A stretch of 64,000 nt of DNA from assembly GCA_031257475.1 (NCBI GenBank), contig JAIROP010000026.1:39482-103481 (forward strand). The letters run 5' to 3'. This stretch comes from Holosporaceae bacterium. GTDB taxonomy: Bacteria > Pseudomonadota > Alphaproteobacteria > UBA3830. The notes beneath the pieces were generated by a model. That model made no database searches. It saw only the letters and a list, made by a program, of their open reading frames with translations, and was not told where the DNA came from. Numbering within the stretch: position 1 is the first letter of the stretch; each line of letters begins with the position of its first letter. The position numbers and the translations under genes were made by a program. Of the stretch, positions 47,391-57,472 are shown one piece after another.

Positions 47391-47465
47391 TTAGATAATC
47401 CCCATCCAACATAACACCAAACCTGCGACCACAGACCTTGCAATATTACCAATCCCACATAACAT
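47391..47465 (-). CDS. Candidate 24-codon hydrophobic sORF in the rimP upstream region
   Basis: Read by hand: AAAGGAGA, then 7 nt, then ATG. Peptide MLCGIGNIARSVVAGLVLCWMGII, stop TAA. No homology argument is available. Confidence 0.2.
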   Translation of the reverse strand: MLCGIGNIARSVVAGLVLCWMGII

Positions 47466-47691
47466 AACGAATCTCCTTTCTAATGAGGCGATTATACATA
47501 AAATGAAAAGTCTGGCAAGCGGTCTCCATCTTTTGCTGGTTGATGCGGAAAATTTCTGATTGCACTTGAAAGAATACTAGTCCATTCTATAATGACAGCT
47601 GGGGGAAGTGTCTTCCCAGACTCCGGCAATGAATTAGAGGGGTGGTTGCGGAACTGGAGGCTCTGTCCTGGGGCGGTGATGGAGGATTGAA

Positions 47692-48795
47692 ATGAGGGCA
47701 AGGGTTGCTAAAAAAGATCTTCTGCCGGCGGTTATGCGCAGCGTCGGTGTGGTGGAAAAGAGAGCTGTGGTTCCCATATTGTCCCACGTATTGCTGGAGT
47801 TTCACGACGCAGGCCTGCGACTGAAAGCAACGGATTTGGACCATTCTCTCATTGAGGAAATCCCTGCAGAAATGGACACACTGGGTACGGCAGCGGTGCC
47901 TGCACTGATTTTATACGACATCGTCAGAAAATCTCCAGATTCGGCTATACTGGAATTTTCTCTGGCCGATAAGGGAAGCAAACTGGTGGTTATAGCCGGG
48001 AAGTCTAAATTTGAGCTGTCGGCGCTGAATCCGGCGGAGTTCCCAGCAATTGTGCCTCTAAAAGAGTCCTGCTGTTTTAATCTAAAATCCCCCGAGTTCA
48101 ACAAGCTGATTAGTCGTACGAAGTTCTCCATCTCTCCCGAGGAGAATCGGCATAATCTGAACGGTATATATTTACACCGGGAGGATGACAAGTTGAAGGC
48201 CGCGTCCACCGATGGGCATAGATTGTCCGTTTCCGAAATAGTCCTAGACGCAAAGGAAAGCATCCAGGGGATAATAATATCGAAAAAAACTGTGCTTGAG
48301 GTGAAAAAACTGTTGGATATATTTTCGAAGGATATTTCGCTAACGTTTACCGCCAATCAAATTCAATTTTCCATAGGCAACATCGTATTTATTTCGAAGC
48401 TTGTGGATGGTACTTTCCCTGATTATAAGAGAGTGATCCCGGAAATGAGTGGCGACTACTTCCTGGTAAAGAGGCAAGATTTTGTGGAAATTGTCGACAG
48501 GGTTTCAGTAATATCAGATGAAAAAATTAGGTCGGTGAAGTTGGAGCTGAGCAAAAATAATTTGTCCTGCTACGTAGCTAACAGCAAAATTGGCAACGGT
48601 AGAGACGAGGTGGACGTTACCTATTCCGGTCCCGGATGGAATGCAGGGTTTAACGCCTGTTATCTGCTGGATGTGGCCCAGGCGGTACAGGGAGAATCTT
48701 TGAAGGTATATGTAAAGGAGTCTCTGGCACCAATACTAATTGTGGACGAGTCCGAACCTGAGTCGTTGTTCGTTGTCATGCCGATGAGAATCTAG
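47692..48795 (+). CDS. dnaN: DNA polymerase III beta sliding clamp
   Basis: The N-terminus aligns residue for residue with alphaproteobacterial DnaN (…VVEKRAVVPILSHVLLEF…GLRLKATDLD). 367 aa. Confidence 0.95.
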   Translation: MRARVAKKDLLPAVMRSVGVVEKRAVVPILSHVLLEFHDAGLRLKATDLDHSLIEEIPAEMDTLGTAAVPALILYDIVRKSPDSAILEFSLADKGSKLVVIAGKSKFELSALNPAEFPAIVPLKESCCFNLKSPEFNKLISRTKFSISPEENRHNLNGIYLHREDDKLKAASTDGHRLSVSEIVLDAKESIQGIIISKKTVLEVKKLLDIFSKDISLTFTANQIQFSIGNIVFISKLVDGTFPDYKRVIPEMSGDYFLVKRQDFVEIVDRVSVISDEKIRSVKLELSKNNLSCYVANSKIGNGRDEVDVTYSGPGWNAGFNACYLLDVAQAVQGESLKVYVKESLAPILIVDESEPESLFVVMPMRI

Positions 48796-48802
48796 AGGAA
48801 CC

Positions 48803-49921
48803 TTGCCGGCTGGTATTGTTCAAATAAGTTGTAAAAATTTCAGATCCTACGGGTCATTGTCCCTGGGGTTTTGTTCCAGATTTGTTATTTTCTGTGGATC
48901 CAACGGAGCAGGAAAGACAAATATATTGGAGGCGATGTCGCTATTTTCCGCCGGCAGAGGTTTACGCAGAGCCCCCATCGCAGATCTAAACACGTCTGGC
49001 GCAGTTCCATTTTCCTGGAATTTGGAGCTTGTTTTGGAAAAAGACGGTTACAAAACATTTCTGACAACCAATGCAAAAGATGGCAGCAGATCAGCCAAAA
49101 TAGACAACACCCGCACTGATTCTTTATCGAAATTCGAAGAGATAATGTGGATTCTATGGAGCATCCCAAGCATGAACAATATTTTTATTGGTCCCATCGC
49201 AGAGCGACGTGGTTTCTTCGATCACCTGGTGGGAGGGTACAGCAGTGGACACAGATCTAATCTAAAAACACTCGCAAAATTACAGAGAGAACGTCTGCAC
49301 GTGCTTTCCCATGGGAAAGACGAAACTTGGTTGGATACTCTGGAACGGAAGATCGCAGAGGAGAATATAAAAATAATCAGATCGCGTTGTGAATTTGTGG
49401 AAGCGCTCCAGGACACGTTTAACAATTATCCATCCGAATTCCTTCGACCATGCGTCAGTGTCGCTGGAACCGTCGAAGACATCTATGAAACCCATGATGA
49501 AGAGAGCGCCATCCTGGAAATATCTCACATTCTGAAAAAAGAGCGATTTAGAGATGCAGAAAAACAAGTCACAACTGTAGGATGTCATAAAACTTTCTGG
49601 AGGGTGAAACATTCAACAACGGCTTTGGAGTCGGAAAAATGCTCCACCGGGGAGCAAAAAGCATTTCTGATTTCTCTGATTCTGGCCAGTGTAAGAATTT
49701 ACCGAAACATCCGTGCAGGAGTTCCAGTTCTTCTACTCGACGATCTAATGTTGCACTTGGATAAAAATCGCAGAAAAAGTCTTATAAATGAACTTAGAAC
49801 CTTGGATGTTCAAACCTTTCTGACGGGAACCGAATACGATCAGTTTGAAGATCTACAGGGAATCGCCCAACTGTATCGTGTGGAAAAATCCATTTGTACA
49901 TCATCGGAAACCGTTGCGTAG
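48803..49921 (+). CDS. recF: DNA replication and repair protein RecF
   Basis: FRSY…, Walker A GSNGAGKTNILEA, signature STGEQKAFLISL, LLLDD. Non-ATG start. Confidence 0.92.
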   Translation: MPAGIVQISCKNFRSYGSLSLGFCSRFVIFCGSNGAGKTNILEAMSLFSAGRGLRRAPIADLNTSGAVPFSWNLELVLEKDGYKTFLTTNAKDGSRSAKIDNTRTDSLSKFEEIMWILWSIPSMNNIFIGPIAERRGFFDHLVGGYSSGHRSNLKTLAKLQRERLHVLSHGKDETWLDTLERKIAEENIKIIRSRCEFVEALQDTFNNYPSEFLRPCVSVAGTVEDIYETHDEESAILEISHILKKERFRDAEKQVTTVGCHKTFWRVKHSTTALESEKCSTGEQKAFLISLILASVRIYRNIRAGVPVLLLDDLMLHLDKNRRKSLINELRTLDVQTFLTGTEYDQFEDLQGIAQLYRVEKSICTSSETVA

Positions 49922-49991
49922 TGTTTCTTTTCAAAATTTACTCTGCGGTAACATTTTCCTGTTCTAATCAATCGAAAGAGGAAGCGGAGTT

Positions 49992-50921
49992 ATGGAGTAC
50001 GATGTAAATCAGCAACAGCCGGAAGGCGGCTTTTTTCATAGAAATAAACTGGTTTCCTTCGCCATAATAATCGCCTGCCTACTATTTATAATAATTTTTT
50101 TTCTGGAAAAAACAAAAGTTCTTGTAAAAATGATCCCTAAAATGCGCGGAGAGGTATCGCTTGGCAGTAGTTTTTCCATTACTACCACCAAAGATGGATA
50201 CCCCATTGTGATAAAGCAAAATGATCCAACCGTGGGTAGTAAAGTCCGATTCTCAGGTGATATTCATTCCACGTTTTCGGAGACAGCCGTATCCATGGCC
50301 AGAGCAGACGACATCGTGGTGGAAATCGGTGCTCACTTTGGATACAACACCATAACAATCGCTAAAAAACTTGTGTCTGGCAAATATTACGCCTTTGAAC
50401 CCAACGCAACGATACTTTCCTATCTTAGAAAAAGTCTTATTCTAAACGATCTATTCGAAAAAGTTACTCTGGAAAATTTTGCGATTTCAGACAGAGTAGA
50501 ATTGATTTCCATTGCCGATTGCCTCTCTAAAACAGAGAATTCTGAGGGCAATTATACAAAAGATCGGAAAATAATTGTGAACAGTATCACTCTGGACAAA
50601 AAATTGGAAGGATCACAGGAGTCCATTTCTCTGTTGCTGATAGATATACCAGAATTTGTATTCCCCATCCTGAACGGAGCGGAAAAAATCATTGCTTCTT
50701 CACCAAGTCTGAGGATAGTACTTTATTTCGACAATTATAGGGCGTCTCGCCATAGCAATGTGGAAAATGAACTAAAAAAGCTAAAAAATAATGGATTCAT
50801 ATTTTATATAGTGAAGGAACCGAACAGCTATGTGGAATCGAATATCCCGGATATTCTATCCAAAAATGAAATAGTTTTGGTTATGACAAAAGACAAGTCT
50901 TATTTTATGAACCCACGATAG
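49992..50921 (+). CDS. FkbM-family methyltransferase with N-terminal TM anchor
   Basis: VVEIGAHFGYNTITIAKKL … YAFEPN matches the SAM-binding core of the FkbM family. A hydrophobic stretch spans residues 20-38. Confidence 0.65.
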   Translation: MEYDVNQQQPEGGFFHRNKLVSFAIIIACLLFIIIFFLEKTKVLVKMIPKMRGEVSLGSSFSITTTKDGYPIVIKQNDPTVGSKVRFSGDIHSTFSETAVSMARADDIVVEIGAHFGYNTITIAKKLVSGKYYAFEPNATILSYLRKSLILNDLFEKVTLENFAISDRVELISIADCLSKTENSEGNYTKDRKIIVNSITLDKKLEGSQESISLLLIDIPEFVFPILNGAEKIIASSPSLRIVLYFDNYRASRHSNVENELKKLKNNGFIFYIVKEPNSYVESNIPDILSKNEIVLVMTKDKSYFMNPR

Positions 50922-50934
50922 AAGCAAGCCAGTC

Positions 50935-51792
50935 ATGTTTATGCTAATTTTGATTGTTGTGTTTCAATGCCTTGGAGTGATAGATCTCTGGGCCAGCAGA
51001 GGAGGAGGGTCATCGGCGTCTGGTGGTGGTGAGCTCAACTGTGTTTTCACGAGTCTTAAAGTATGGGTAAAGCAGAATGGAAGAGAAATGCAACGGGATG
51101 AAACTCTTCAGTCTCTATACTGCGCTCATATCACTCATGTTTTAGAAATAGCTTTGAGTTTCATTAATACACTCTACATGAACGCAGTTAGAAGAAGAAT
51201 TAACGAAATTATTCCAAAGCTTGGAAATCCCGAAGATGAAATAAATACACAGATGGAGGAAATAGGAAGACAACTCTATCAACTAGTTAGGCTAAAAAGA
51301 CTCATTATCGAAGCACTGAGTTTAAATGTAACAGATATTACCAATTCTATGACAGATCCGGAGGATCCGCTGCTAAATGTGGTTTTATTTTGGATTGATT
51401 TTATTCCTCGGGACATGATGAGAGATATCGGCGAAAGTTTTATAGAGTATGCTGATCACATTCCCCGGGAAGGTAACGATGATATAATAGAAAATATGCT
51501 GATATTGGGGAAAAATATTGTGAGTTTGGCTCAAACTGTGAAATCTATAATGATACGAATTCGGCAACTACAGGACATTTACTTTGGTCTTGATGAGGAC
51601 ATGGCCAGAAGATCTGATTTAAAAAATTTGGAAAAAGCGATGGCGAAATTGAGGGAGGCAACGCCACCGATAAAACCAGCCCAGAAAGGTGTACCTCCAG
51701 AAAACCGATCAAAGACCACTGAACATGGATCGAATAAGAATAATCCGAATACTAAGCACCCCCAATCCTATCATTCCACTGGGAAAAAATAA
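50935..51792 (+). CDS. Hypothetical secreted protein (285 aa), no recognisable family
   Basis: Hydrophobic leader MFMLILIVVFQCLGVIDLWA, Gly/Ser stretch, helical middle, basic low-complexity tail. Confidence 0.5.
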   Translation: MFMLILIVVFQCLGVIDLWASRGGGSSASGGGELNCVFTSLKVWVKQNGREMQRDETLQSLYCAHITHVLEIALSFINTLYMNAVRRRINEIIPKLGNPEDEINTQMEEIGRQLYQLVRLKRLIIEALSLNVTDITNSMTDPEDPLLNVVLFWIDFIPRDMMRDIGESFIEYADHIPREGNDDIIENMLILGKNIVSLAQTVKSIMIRIRQLQDIYFGLDEDMARRSDLKNLEKAMAKLREATPPIKPAQKGVPPENRSKTTEHGSNKNNPNTKHPQSYHSTGKK

Positions 51793-51942
51793 AAAATCTT
51801 AAAGTCTCTGGATAAGAAAATTCAACTTTCCAAACTATGCAGGAATTGTACATCAGCACATATTTTTCTACCAAATGCGCCTGGATTTGAAATCTCCCAT
51901 CTAGTACATTGCATGCAGGCGTAATTATAGGGAGGTGTTATC

Positions 51943-53448
51943 ATGGTATTGGAAAAGGTTTCGTTTGTAGATAAATTGCCGAAAAAAGGAAGCGTTATCG
52001 TGGGGATTCATTCCGACGGATCTCTATCTCCAAATGCTAAAAAGATCGATGAAGATTTGAATGGAATAATCGCCAAAAATTTAAACAAGCTAAAGTTCAC
52101 AGGAAAAACGCTGTTCAAAACATGTTCTTTTCCACTCTGCAACGAATATTATAATCACCTGATAATTGTGGGATTGGGAGATCCAAACAGAGAATTCAGT
52201 AGGGTTGATTTTAAGAAACTGGGAGCGGCAATATATGCGGGCGCTTCCAAGTTGGATGAAGATGCGACCGTGGCCATTGAGGCGTCAGATCTGCACATTC
52301 CCTGTAACTGTATCTCTTCCTACGTCGGCTTTGGAGCGCTGCTAAAATCCTGGAGTTTCGACAAGTATAAATCCCAAAAAGACGAAAAAATAAGGCTACA
52401 AAACCTGGCCGTATTAACCTCAGATGTGAAGGTATCCCAGGAATGTTTTGATGAGCTGCAAAACCTGGCTGCTGGAATCTTTTTAACCCGGCTACTGGTG
52501 TCAGAGCCGGCCAATGTGATCTATCCTGAAAGCCTGGCAAAGATTGCAACGGAGGAGCTGTCTCATCTTGGCGTTGATGTGGAGATTCTGGAGCAACCCG
52601 CAATGGAAAAGCTGTGTATGAATGCTCTTCTGGCAGTGGCTCAGGGCAGTGCAAATAGGCCGCGCCTAGTCGTTTTACATTGGAATGGCGGAAAGGAATC
52701 TGAACTGCCGGTCGCCTTCGTTGGTAAGGGAGTAACATTTGACAGCGGAGGTATCAGCATTAAGCCAGACGAGGGAATGCACGAAATGATCCATGATATG
52801 GCAGGGGCCGGAACGGTTCTCGGTCTGTTTAAAGCCGTGGCATTGAACAAGTTGCCGATTAATGTCGTGGGATTGATGGCTCTGGTGGAGAATATGCCGT
52901 CTGGAACTGCTCAGCGGCCCGGAGACATAGTTCGATCCATGTCCGGCCAGACCATCGAAGTGCTGAGCACCGACGCCGAGGGACGCATGATTCTGGCAGA
53001 TGCTCTGTGGTACGCCCAGGATCGCTTCAACCCCAGCGTAATTGTGGATCTAGCGACACTGACCGGAGCAATTGTTGTAGCTCTGGGACACGAGTTTGCA
53101 GGTCTGTTCAGCAACTGTGATAACCTGGCGGAGCAACTGAGTAAGTCCTCCTGCCAGACCGGGGAAAACGTCTGGAGAATGCCAATGTCAGAGCATTTCG
53201 ATGAGGGAATAAATTCGGATGTTGCAGATATGCGGAACATCGGCAAGCCAAACATTCGTGGTGGAAGCATCACTGCCGCACAATTTCTGAAGAGATTTGT
53301 GAATGATAAAAGATGGGCCCACATCGACATAGCAGGGGTGGAGCATGTATCCGACGGAGATTTATTTGTATGCTCCAAAGGGAGCACTGGCTTTGGCGTA
53401 CATCTTTTGTATGATTTTCTGAAGGAAAACTACGTTGGGCACAAATAA
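51943..53448 (+). CDS. pepA: Leucyl aminopeptidase (M17)
   Basis: VGKGVTFDSGGISIKP, DMAGAG, STDAEGRMILAD metal-site motifs. Confidence 0.95.
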   Translation: MVLEKVSFVDKLPKKGSVIVGIHSDGSLSPNAKKIDEDLNGIIAKNLNKLKFTGKTLFKTCSFPLCNEYYNHLIIVGLGDPNREFSRVDFKKLGAAIYAGASKLDEDATVAIEASDLHIPCNCISSYVGFGALLKSWSFDKYKSQKDEKIRLQNLAVLTSDVKVSQECFDELQNLAAGIFLTRLLVSEPANVIYPESLAKIATEELSHLGVDVEILEQPAMEKLCMNALLAVAQGSANRPRLVVLHWNGGKESELPVAFVGKGVTFDSGGISIKPDEGMHEMIHDMAGAGTVLGLFKAVALNKLPINVVGLMALVENMPSGTAQRPGDIVRSMSGQTIEVLSTDAEGRMILADALWYAQDRFNPSVIVDLATLTGAIVVALGHEFAGLFSNCDNLAEQLSKSSCQTGENVWRMPMSEHFDEGINSDVADMRNIGKPNIRGGSITAAQFLKRFVNDKRWAHIDIAGVEHVSDGDLFVCSKGSTGFGVHLLYDFLKENYVGHK

Positions 53449-53888
53449 TGACGGTGAATTTTTATCATGTGGCCGAAGGGAATCTGGTTTCAGCGATTAT
53501 TCGGCTGCTTGAAAAGGTCTATTTCTCCGGCCAGCGGTGCATTTTTTTTAGCCCGCTAGATGATCGGGTGAAAACCGTAGATAAGACCCTCTGGACCTAT
53601 TCCACCAATGCGTTTGTTCCCCATGGTGACAAAAACTTGGGTTTTTCTTCAAAGCAGCCCATATATTTTACCAGCGGAATGGAGAATCCTAATGGCGCAA
53701 CAACACTGATGTTGGTAGATGCCTTTGAGCACGAGAATTTCTGTCTTTTTGATAAAGTCATTTCAGTTTTCGAAGAGCAGCAGCAGGCGGAACAGGCGCT
53801 ATTGATCTGGAAAGATTTTGAAAAAAAGGGAGCGAATGCAAATTATTGGCTGCAGACGTCCAAGGGCTGGGAGCAGATGACTTCCTAG
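53448..53888 (+). CDS. holC: DNA polymerase III chi subunit
   Basis: Conserved pepA-holC synteny. Size 146 aa. N-terminus FYHV…RLLEKVY…GQRC. Confidence 0.8.
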   Translation: MTVNFYHVAEGNLVSAIIRLLEKVYFSGQRCIFFSPLDDRVKTVDKTLWTYSTNAFVPHGDKNLGFSSKQPIYFTSGMENPNGATTLMLVDAFEHENFCLFDKVISVFEEQQQAEQALLIWKDFEKKGANANYWLQTSKGWEQMTS

Positions 53889-54862
53889 ATTCTTGATAGC
53901 GTGGCCGAAAACTTTCCCATCTTTACAATTTCATCCAGAGAGCTGATGGAGTTGATGTTAGTCACAATCATCTGCGGACAGATGCGCTTAGCCAATCCAG
54001 AAAGCACTTTTCCGGAACCAATCTCCACGCATTCGGAGACTGAATTAGCAGCGGCAAACAAAACCGTTTCTCGCCATCTAACACGTTCGGTGAGTTGTTG
54101 AAGAAGTAACTTATCAAAACCATCTATTTCTGCCCTGGCATTCACATTGGATATGATCGGCCGCACAGGAGTATGGAAGGTTATTTTTGCAAGGACGTCC
54201 TCCACAGCAGCAGCGGCATCTTCCATCAATTGACAATGGAAAGGCCCGCTGACCTCTAGCATTGTCGTTTTTCTGGCCCCACAATGCTGGGCCTTTTTCA
54301 TTGCTCTGGCTACAGCGCTTTCGTGGCCGCTGATCACGACCTGGCCAGAACAATTGTCATTGGCAATTTGAAGGACAATTTTCGAAGATTTGAGTTCATT
54401 GTTTTCGAAGTGGACTTCATCCACCAAACGTTCCACAGTTTCTATGTCAAGTCCCAGGATAGCCGCCATGGATCCTTCGGTTGGACAGGCTTTGGCCATG
54501 GCTTCTCCGCGTACCCGAAGGATTTTTGCAGCATCTGCCAGAGAAATTACTCCACCTGCGCACAATGCAGTGTATTCTCCCAGGGAATGACCCGCCAAAA
54601 ACCTGGCTTTGGACACGATATCGGTAGCAAATTCCTTCTCCAGAACTCTGACAAACGCCATACTGACTGCCATCAGTGCTGGCTGAGCATTTTCCGTTGC
54701 CTTCAGCTCATTCTCTGTTCCATTAAAAATCAAATTGGCAAGTGGGAAGGATAGGGTGTCGTCGACCTCATGAAAAACATTGCGGGCTGATTGGAATCTG
54801 TCGTACAGATCTTTACCCATTCCAATTTTTTGAGACCCCTGTCCAGGGAATACTATAAGCAT
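53885..54862 (-). CDS. fabD: Malonyl CoA-ACP transacylase
   Basis: FPGQGSQKIGMG and the active-site GHSLGEY. Confidence 0.93.
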   Translation of the reverse strand: MLIVFPGQGSQKIGMGKDLYDRFQSARNVFHEVDDTLSFPLANLIFNGTENELKATENAQPALMAVSMAFVRVLEKEFATDIVSKARFLAGHSLGEYTALCAGGVISLADAAKILRVRGEAMAKACPTEGSMAAILGLDIETVERLVDEVHFENNELKSSKIVLQIANDNCSGQVVISGHESAVARAMKKAQHCGARKTTMLEVSGPFHCQLMEDAAAAVEDVLAKITFHTPVRPIISNVNARAEIDGFDKLLLQQLTERVRWRETVLFAAANSVSECVEIGSGKVLSGLAKRICPQMIVTNINSISSLDEIVKMGKFSATLSRI

Positions 54863-55235
54863 TTTATGTATATGATTAAAACTATTACAAACTCCCTAAG
54901 ATAGCATTACGCAATCCGAAAAAAGAGCATCAATGTTTCCGGAAAAAGAATATTACAAGCCCTGGAAAAATGCAAATGTATTTAACACAGTGGGGATTGC
55001 CTTATAAAGATAGAAATTTGCCGAACAAGATGCTGAATTTCCAGTCTTTTAAGAGGATATTGGCAATAGAGATAGATTCTTCAGAAATTGTTGGAAATTC
55101 AGATTATTCCTGCGACAGTTTCTATCTTTATAGTGCAGTTCCTGGATGCCATGATTTATTACATTCCGCCCATTGTTGTTGATTTTTTTTCTGTATTCGC
55201 ATTATATTAATAATCGCGCGTTAGTTTCTTGGCAA

Positions 55236-56375
55236 ATGAGGAAGGTTGTGGAGCACTCTGGTATGTCTAGTTTGCGCAGGGGATTGTGTAGCGGAGTTTT
55301 AATACTGATCGGCTACTTGCCTGTGCTGATTGATCATGTTCTAGAAAAAAAAGTTGAGACTAGGAATAGGGCGGATTATCCCGCGTTTTTTCGAGCCGAA
55401 CATGACATCCAAAGCTGGGTAAACCAACTGCCTGACCCTTTTGTATACAATGGTCTGGTTCTGGAACTTGCAACGAATCGGCTGCAGGGCGAAAACTTTT
55501 TTGTGAAAAGTGTTTCAGTAGCTGCCGATGGGAAATTGTCGGCAGGTTCTAATGTTGTGCATGTTAGCCCGATAAAGATTGTTTCCAATAGCGAATTGGC
55601 TGGCTCTAAATTTGTTCGAGGCAAGATTCAGAGCAATTTTTACAGTGATGCTCGTCAGCTGGGGGTTCCGGCTGGAGTGGTGGATGCTGTTGTCTCTAAA
55701 TTATCTTCCCGAATAGATTTTCGACGTTCTCTGAAGGCAGGGGATGGCTTTGTGATAATCTACAGTCCGCAAAATGTAATGTTATATGCAAGGATTATCA
55801 CCAAACAACGCCAGGAGTCAGTTTACAGAGTTCCCAACAGGAATAATAAGGATTCGGAATATTACTTCGAAGATGGTGTAAAGGCTGCTGCCTTGTCCGA
55901 TTCGAATAGCTTTGCGCCTCCGCTGAAGGGCCGGTTTTACGTAACATCCCCGTTCGGATGGAGGAAAAGTCCGTTTAGCCGTGGGCGTTGCTATCATTCC
56001 GGTGTGGATCTTGGAGCAGTCAAGGGCACGCCGGTTTATGCAATCATTGACGGCATTGTGAGAAGGGCCTCCTATTATTATGGCTACGGAAATTGCGTGG
56101 ATCTGTCGCATAGGGATGGATATAGCAGCAGGTATGCCCATCTAAGTAAGGCAGTAGTCCGCTGCGGAGAGAGAGTTAAAAAAGGCCAGCTGATAGGGTA
56201 TACAGGATCTACGGGAAGATCGACTGGCGACCACCTGCATCTTGAATTGGCCAGAAATAACAAAGTACTAAATCCTCTGAGTGTGAAGATGCTTCCCAGA
56301 ACGGTAACTAAAATCACCGATATGGTCCAGTTTAATTCCATGAAAAAGCAAATAGAAAAAATAGTTGCGATCTAG
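55236..56375 (+). CDS. M23-family metallopeptidase (murein endopeptidase-like)
   Basis: HSGVDLGAVKGTPVYA … GSTGRSTGDHLHLEL (HxxxD and HxH motifs). N-terminal TM. The start could be further upstream (55173). Confidence 0.85.
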   Translation: MRKVVEHSGMSSLRRGLCSGVLILIGYLPVLIDHVLEKKVETRNRADYPAFFRAEHDIQSWVNQLPDPFVYNGLVLELATNRLQGENFFVKSVSVAADGKLSAGSNVVHVSPIKIVSNSELAGSKFVRGKIQSNFYSDARQLGVPAGVVDAVVSKLSSRIDFRRSLKAGDGFVIIYSPQNVMLYARIITKQRQESVYRVPNRNNKDSEYYFEDGVKAAALSDSNSFAPPLKGRFYVTSPFGWRKSPFSRGRCYHSGVDLGAVKGTPVYAIIDGIVRRASYYYGYGNCVDLSHRDGYSSRYAHLSKAVVRCGERVKKGQLIGYTGSTGRSTGDHLHLELARNNKVLNPLSVKMLPRTVTKITDMVQFNSMKKQIEKIVAI

Positions 56376-56398
56376 TAACGATTAAGCATGGTGCCGAA

Positions 56399-57472
56399 AT
56401 GTTTTTAATTTCCGCGGAAAATTTTCTGGATGAGTGTCTGAAAAATGTTGAAGGTGAAATTGCAACCGCACCTGAGGATGAGCGTTTTCTGGCCATCGAC
56501 ACAGAATTTATACGGGAAAATCAGGAAAAACCGCTGCTATGTCTCATACAAATCGCAGCACCGGCAACGGTTCATTTGATTGATCCGATGGAGATGGATA
56601 TCTCCCAGTTGAATCAATTTTTTGCTAATCCAAAAATTAGAAAAGTATTCCACTCCGCTAGCCAGGATTTGGAAATATTGTCTCTCTACGGCGTTGAAAC
56701 GAAAAATTACTATGACACACAACTCTACGAATCCGTTCTAAGTGTCGATGCAAGCATCAGCTATCAATCCATAGTTACTAGATATTTGGACATAAATCTA
56801 CGAAAAGATCACTCTCTAAGCGATTGGAAAAGGCGTCCACTTAGCAAAAATCAGCTGCAATATTCGACGGATGACGTTCTCTATTTGAGGGAAGTATACA
56901 AAAAGCAATTTTGTAAACTTAGGAATTGCAATCGCACAGATTGGCTGGATGATGAGCTGAAAAATCTTGCAAATATCGGTGTCAATTCCGGGGAAGGCAA
57001 TGGAGGAATATATCAGCAGCTGGATGCGTGGCGCTGTCAGAGAGCTGCCATAGAGAATGTTTCACCCAGATCTATTGTGGGAAATGGCATGCTAAAGGAT
57101 GTATCCCGTAAAGGGGTGGACTTTGTTCGTCGTTTGAAATATTCCAGAAACATTAGGAACGAGAATTTTAGGAAATTTCTATCTTTTGCGGAAAAAATCA
57201 CTGAAGGATTGGAAATCAGCGAAAAACACAGTGAGAGAAGCGCCGTATTTGTTCTATTGAAAACTTTGCTGGAAATTAGCTCCCTGGAACATGGCGTCGC
57301 GGCATCTGTCATTGCGCAATCAGGTGATTTGGAAGAATTAATCCGCGGAAACGATTCCGTCAAATGTGCAACGGGTTGGCGTATGGAACTTTTTGGACGA
57401 TGGGCAATTAAATTGCTTAACGGCGAAGTATCATTGGGCGTTGGGGATAGAACCAGGGTTCTAATCGAATGA
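56399..57472 (+). CDS. rnd: Ribonuclease D
   Basis: DEDD exonuclease motifs LAIDTEF, HSASQDLE, YSTDDVLYL, plus an HRDC-like region. Confidence 0.85.
   Translation: MFLISAENFLDECLKNVEGEIATAPEDERFLAIDTEFIRENQEKPLLCLIQIAAPATVHLIDPMEMDISQLNQFFANPKIRKVFHSASQDLEILSLYGVETKNYYDTQLYESVLSVDASISYQSIVTRYLDINLRKDHSLSDWKRRPLSKNQLQYSTDDVLYLREVYKKQFCKLRNCNRTDWLDDELKNLANIGVNSGEGNGGIYQQLDAWRCQRAAIENVSPRSIVGNGMLKDVSRKGVDFVRRLKYSRNIRNENFRKFLSFAEKITEGLEISEKHSERSAVFVLLKTLLEISSLEHGVAASVIAQSGDLEELIRGNDSVKCATGWRMELFGRWAIKLLNGEVSLGVGDRTRVLIE

Noticed and set aside
47006-47691. Possible RNase P RNA on the minus strand (AATGACT … GGCTTACAG resembles the 3' conserved region), or a tmRNA 5' end (GGGGCGGTGATGGAGGATTGAA near 47670).
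   Set aside because: No GAGGAAAGTCCGG-type P4 strand could be found on either strand, and the spacing of the two short matches is wrong. The GGGGC… segment overlaps the dnaN start codon, whose N-terminus aligns residue for residue with DnaN. No T-arm or CCA-type 3' end is present. The matches are short enough to occur by chance.
47802-48356. 184-aa minus-strand ORF inside dnaN.
   Set aside because: It is an antisense shadow ORF. The dnaN assignment is unambiguous.
52211-53387. 175-aa and 158-aa minus-strand ORFs inside pepA.
   Set aside because: They are antisense shadows of a gene with clear M17 metal-site motifs.
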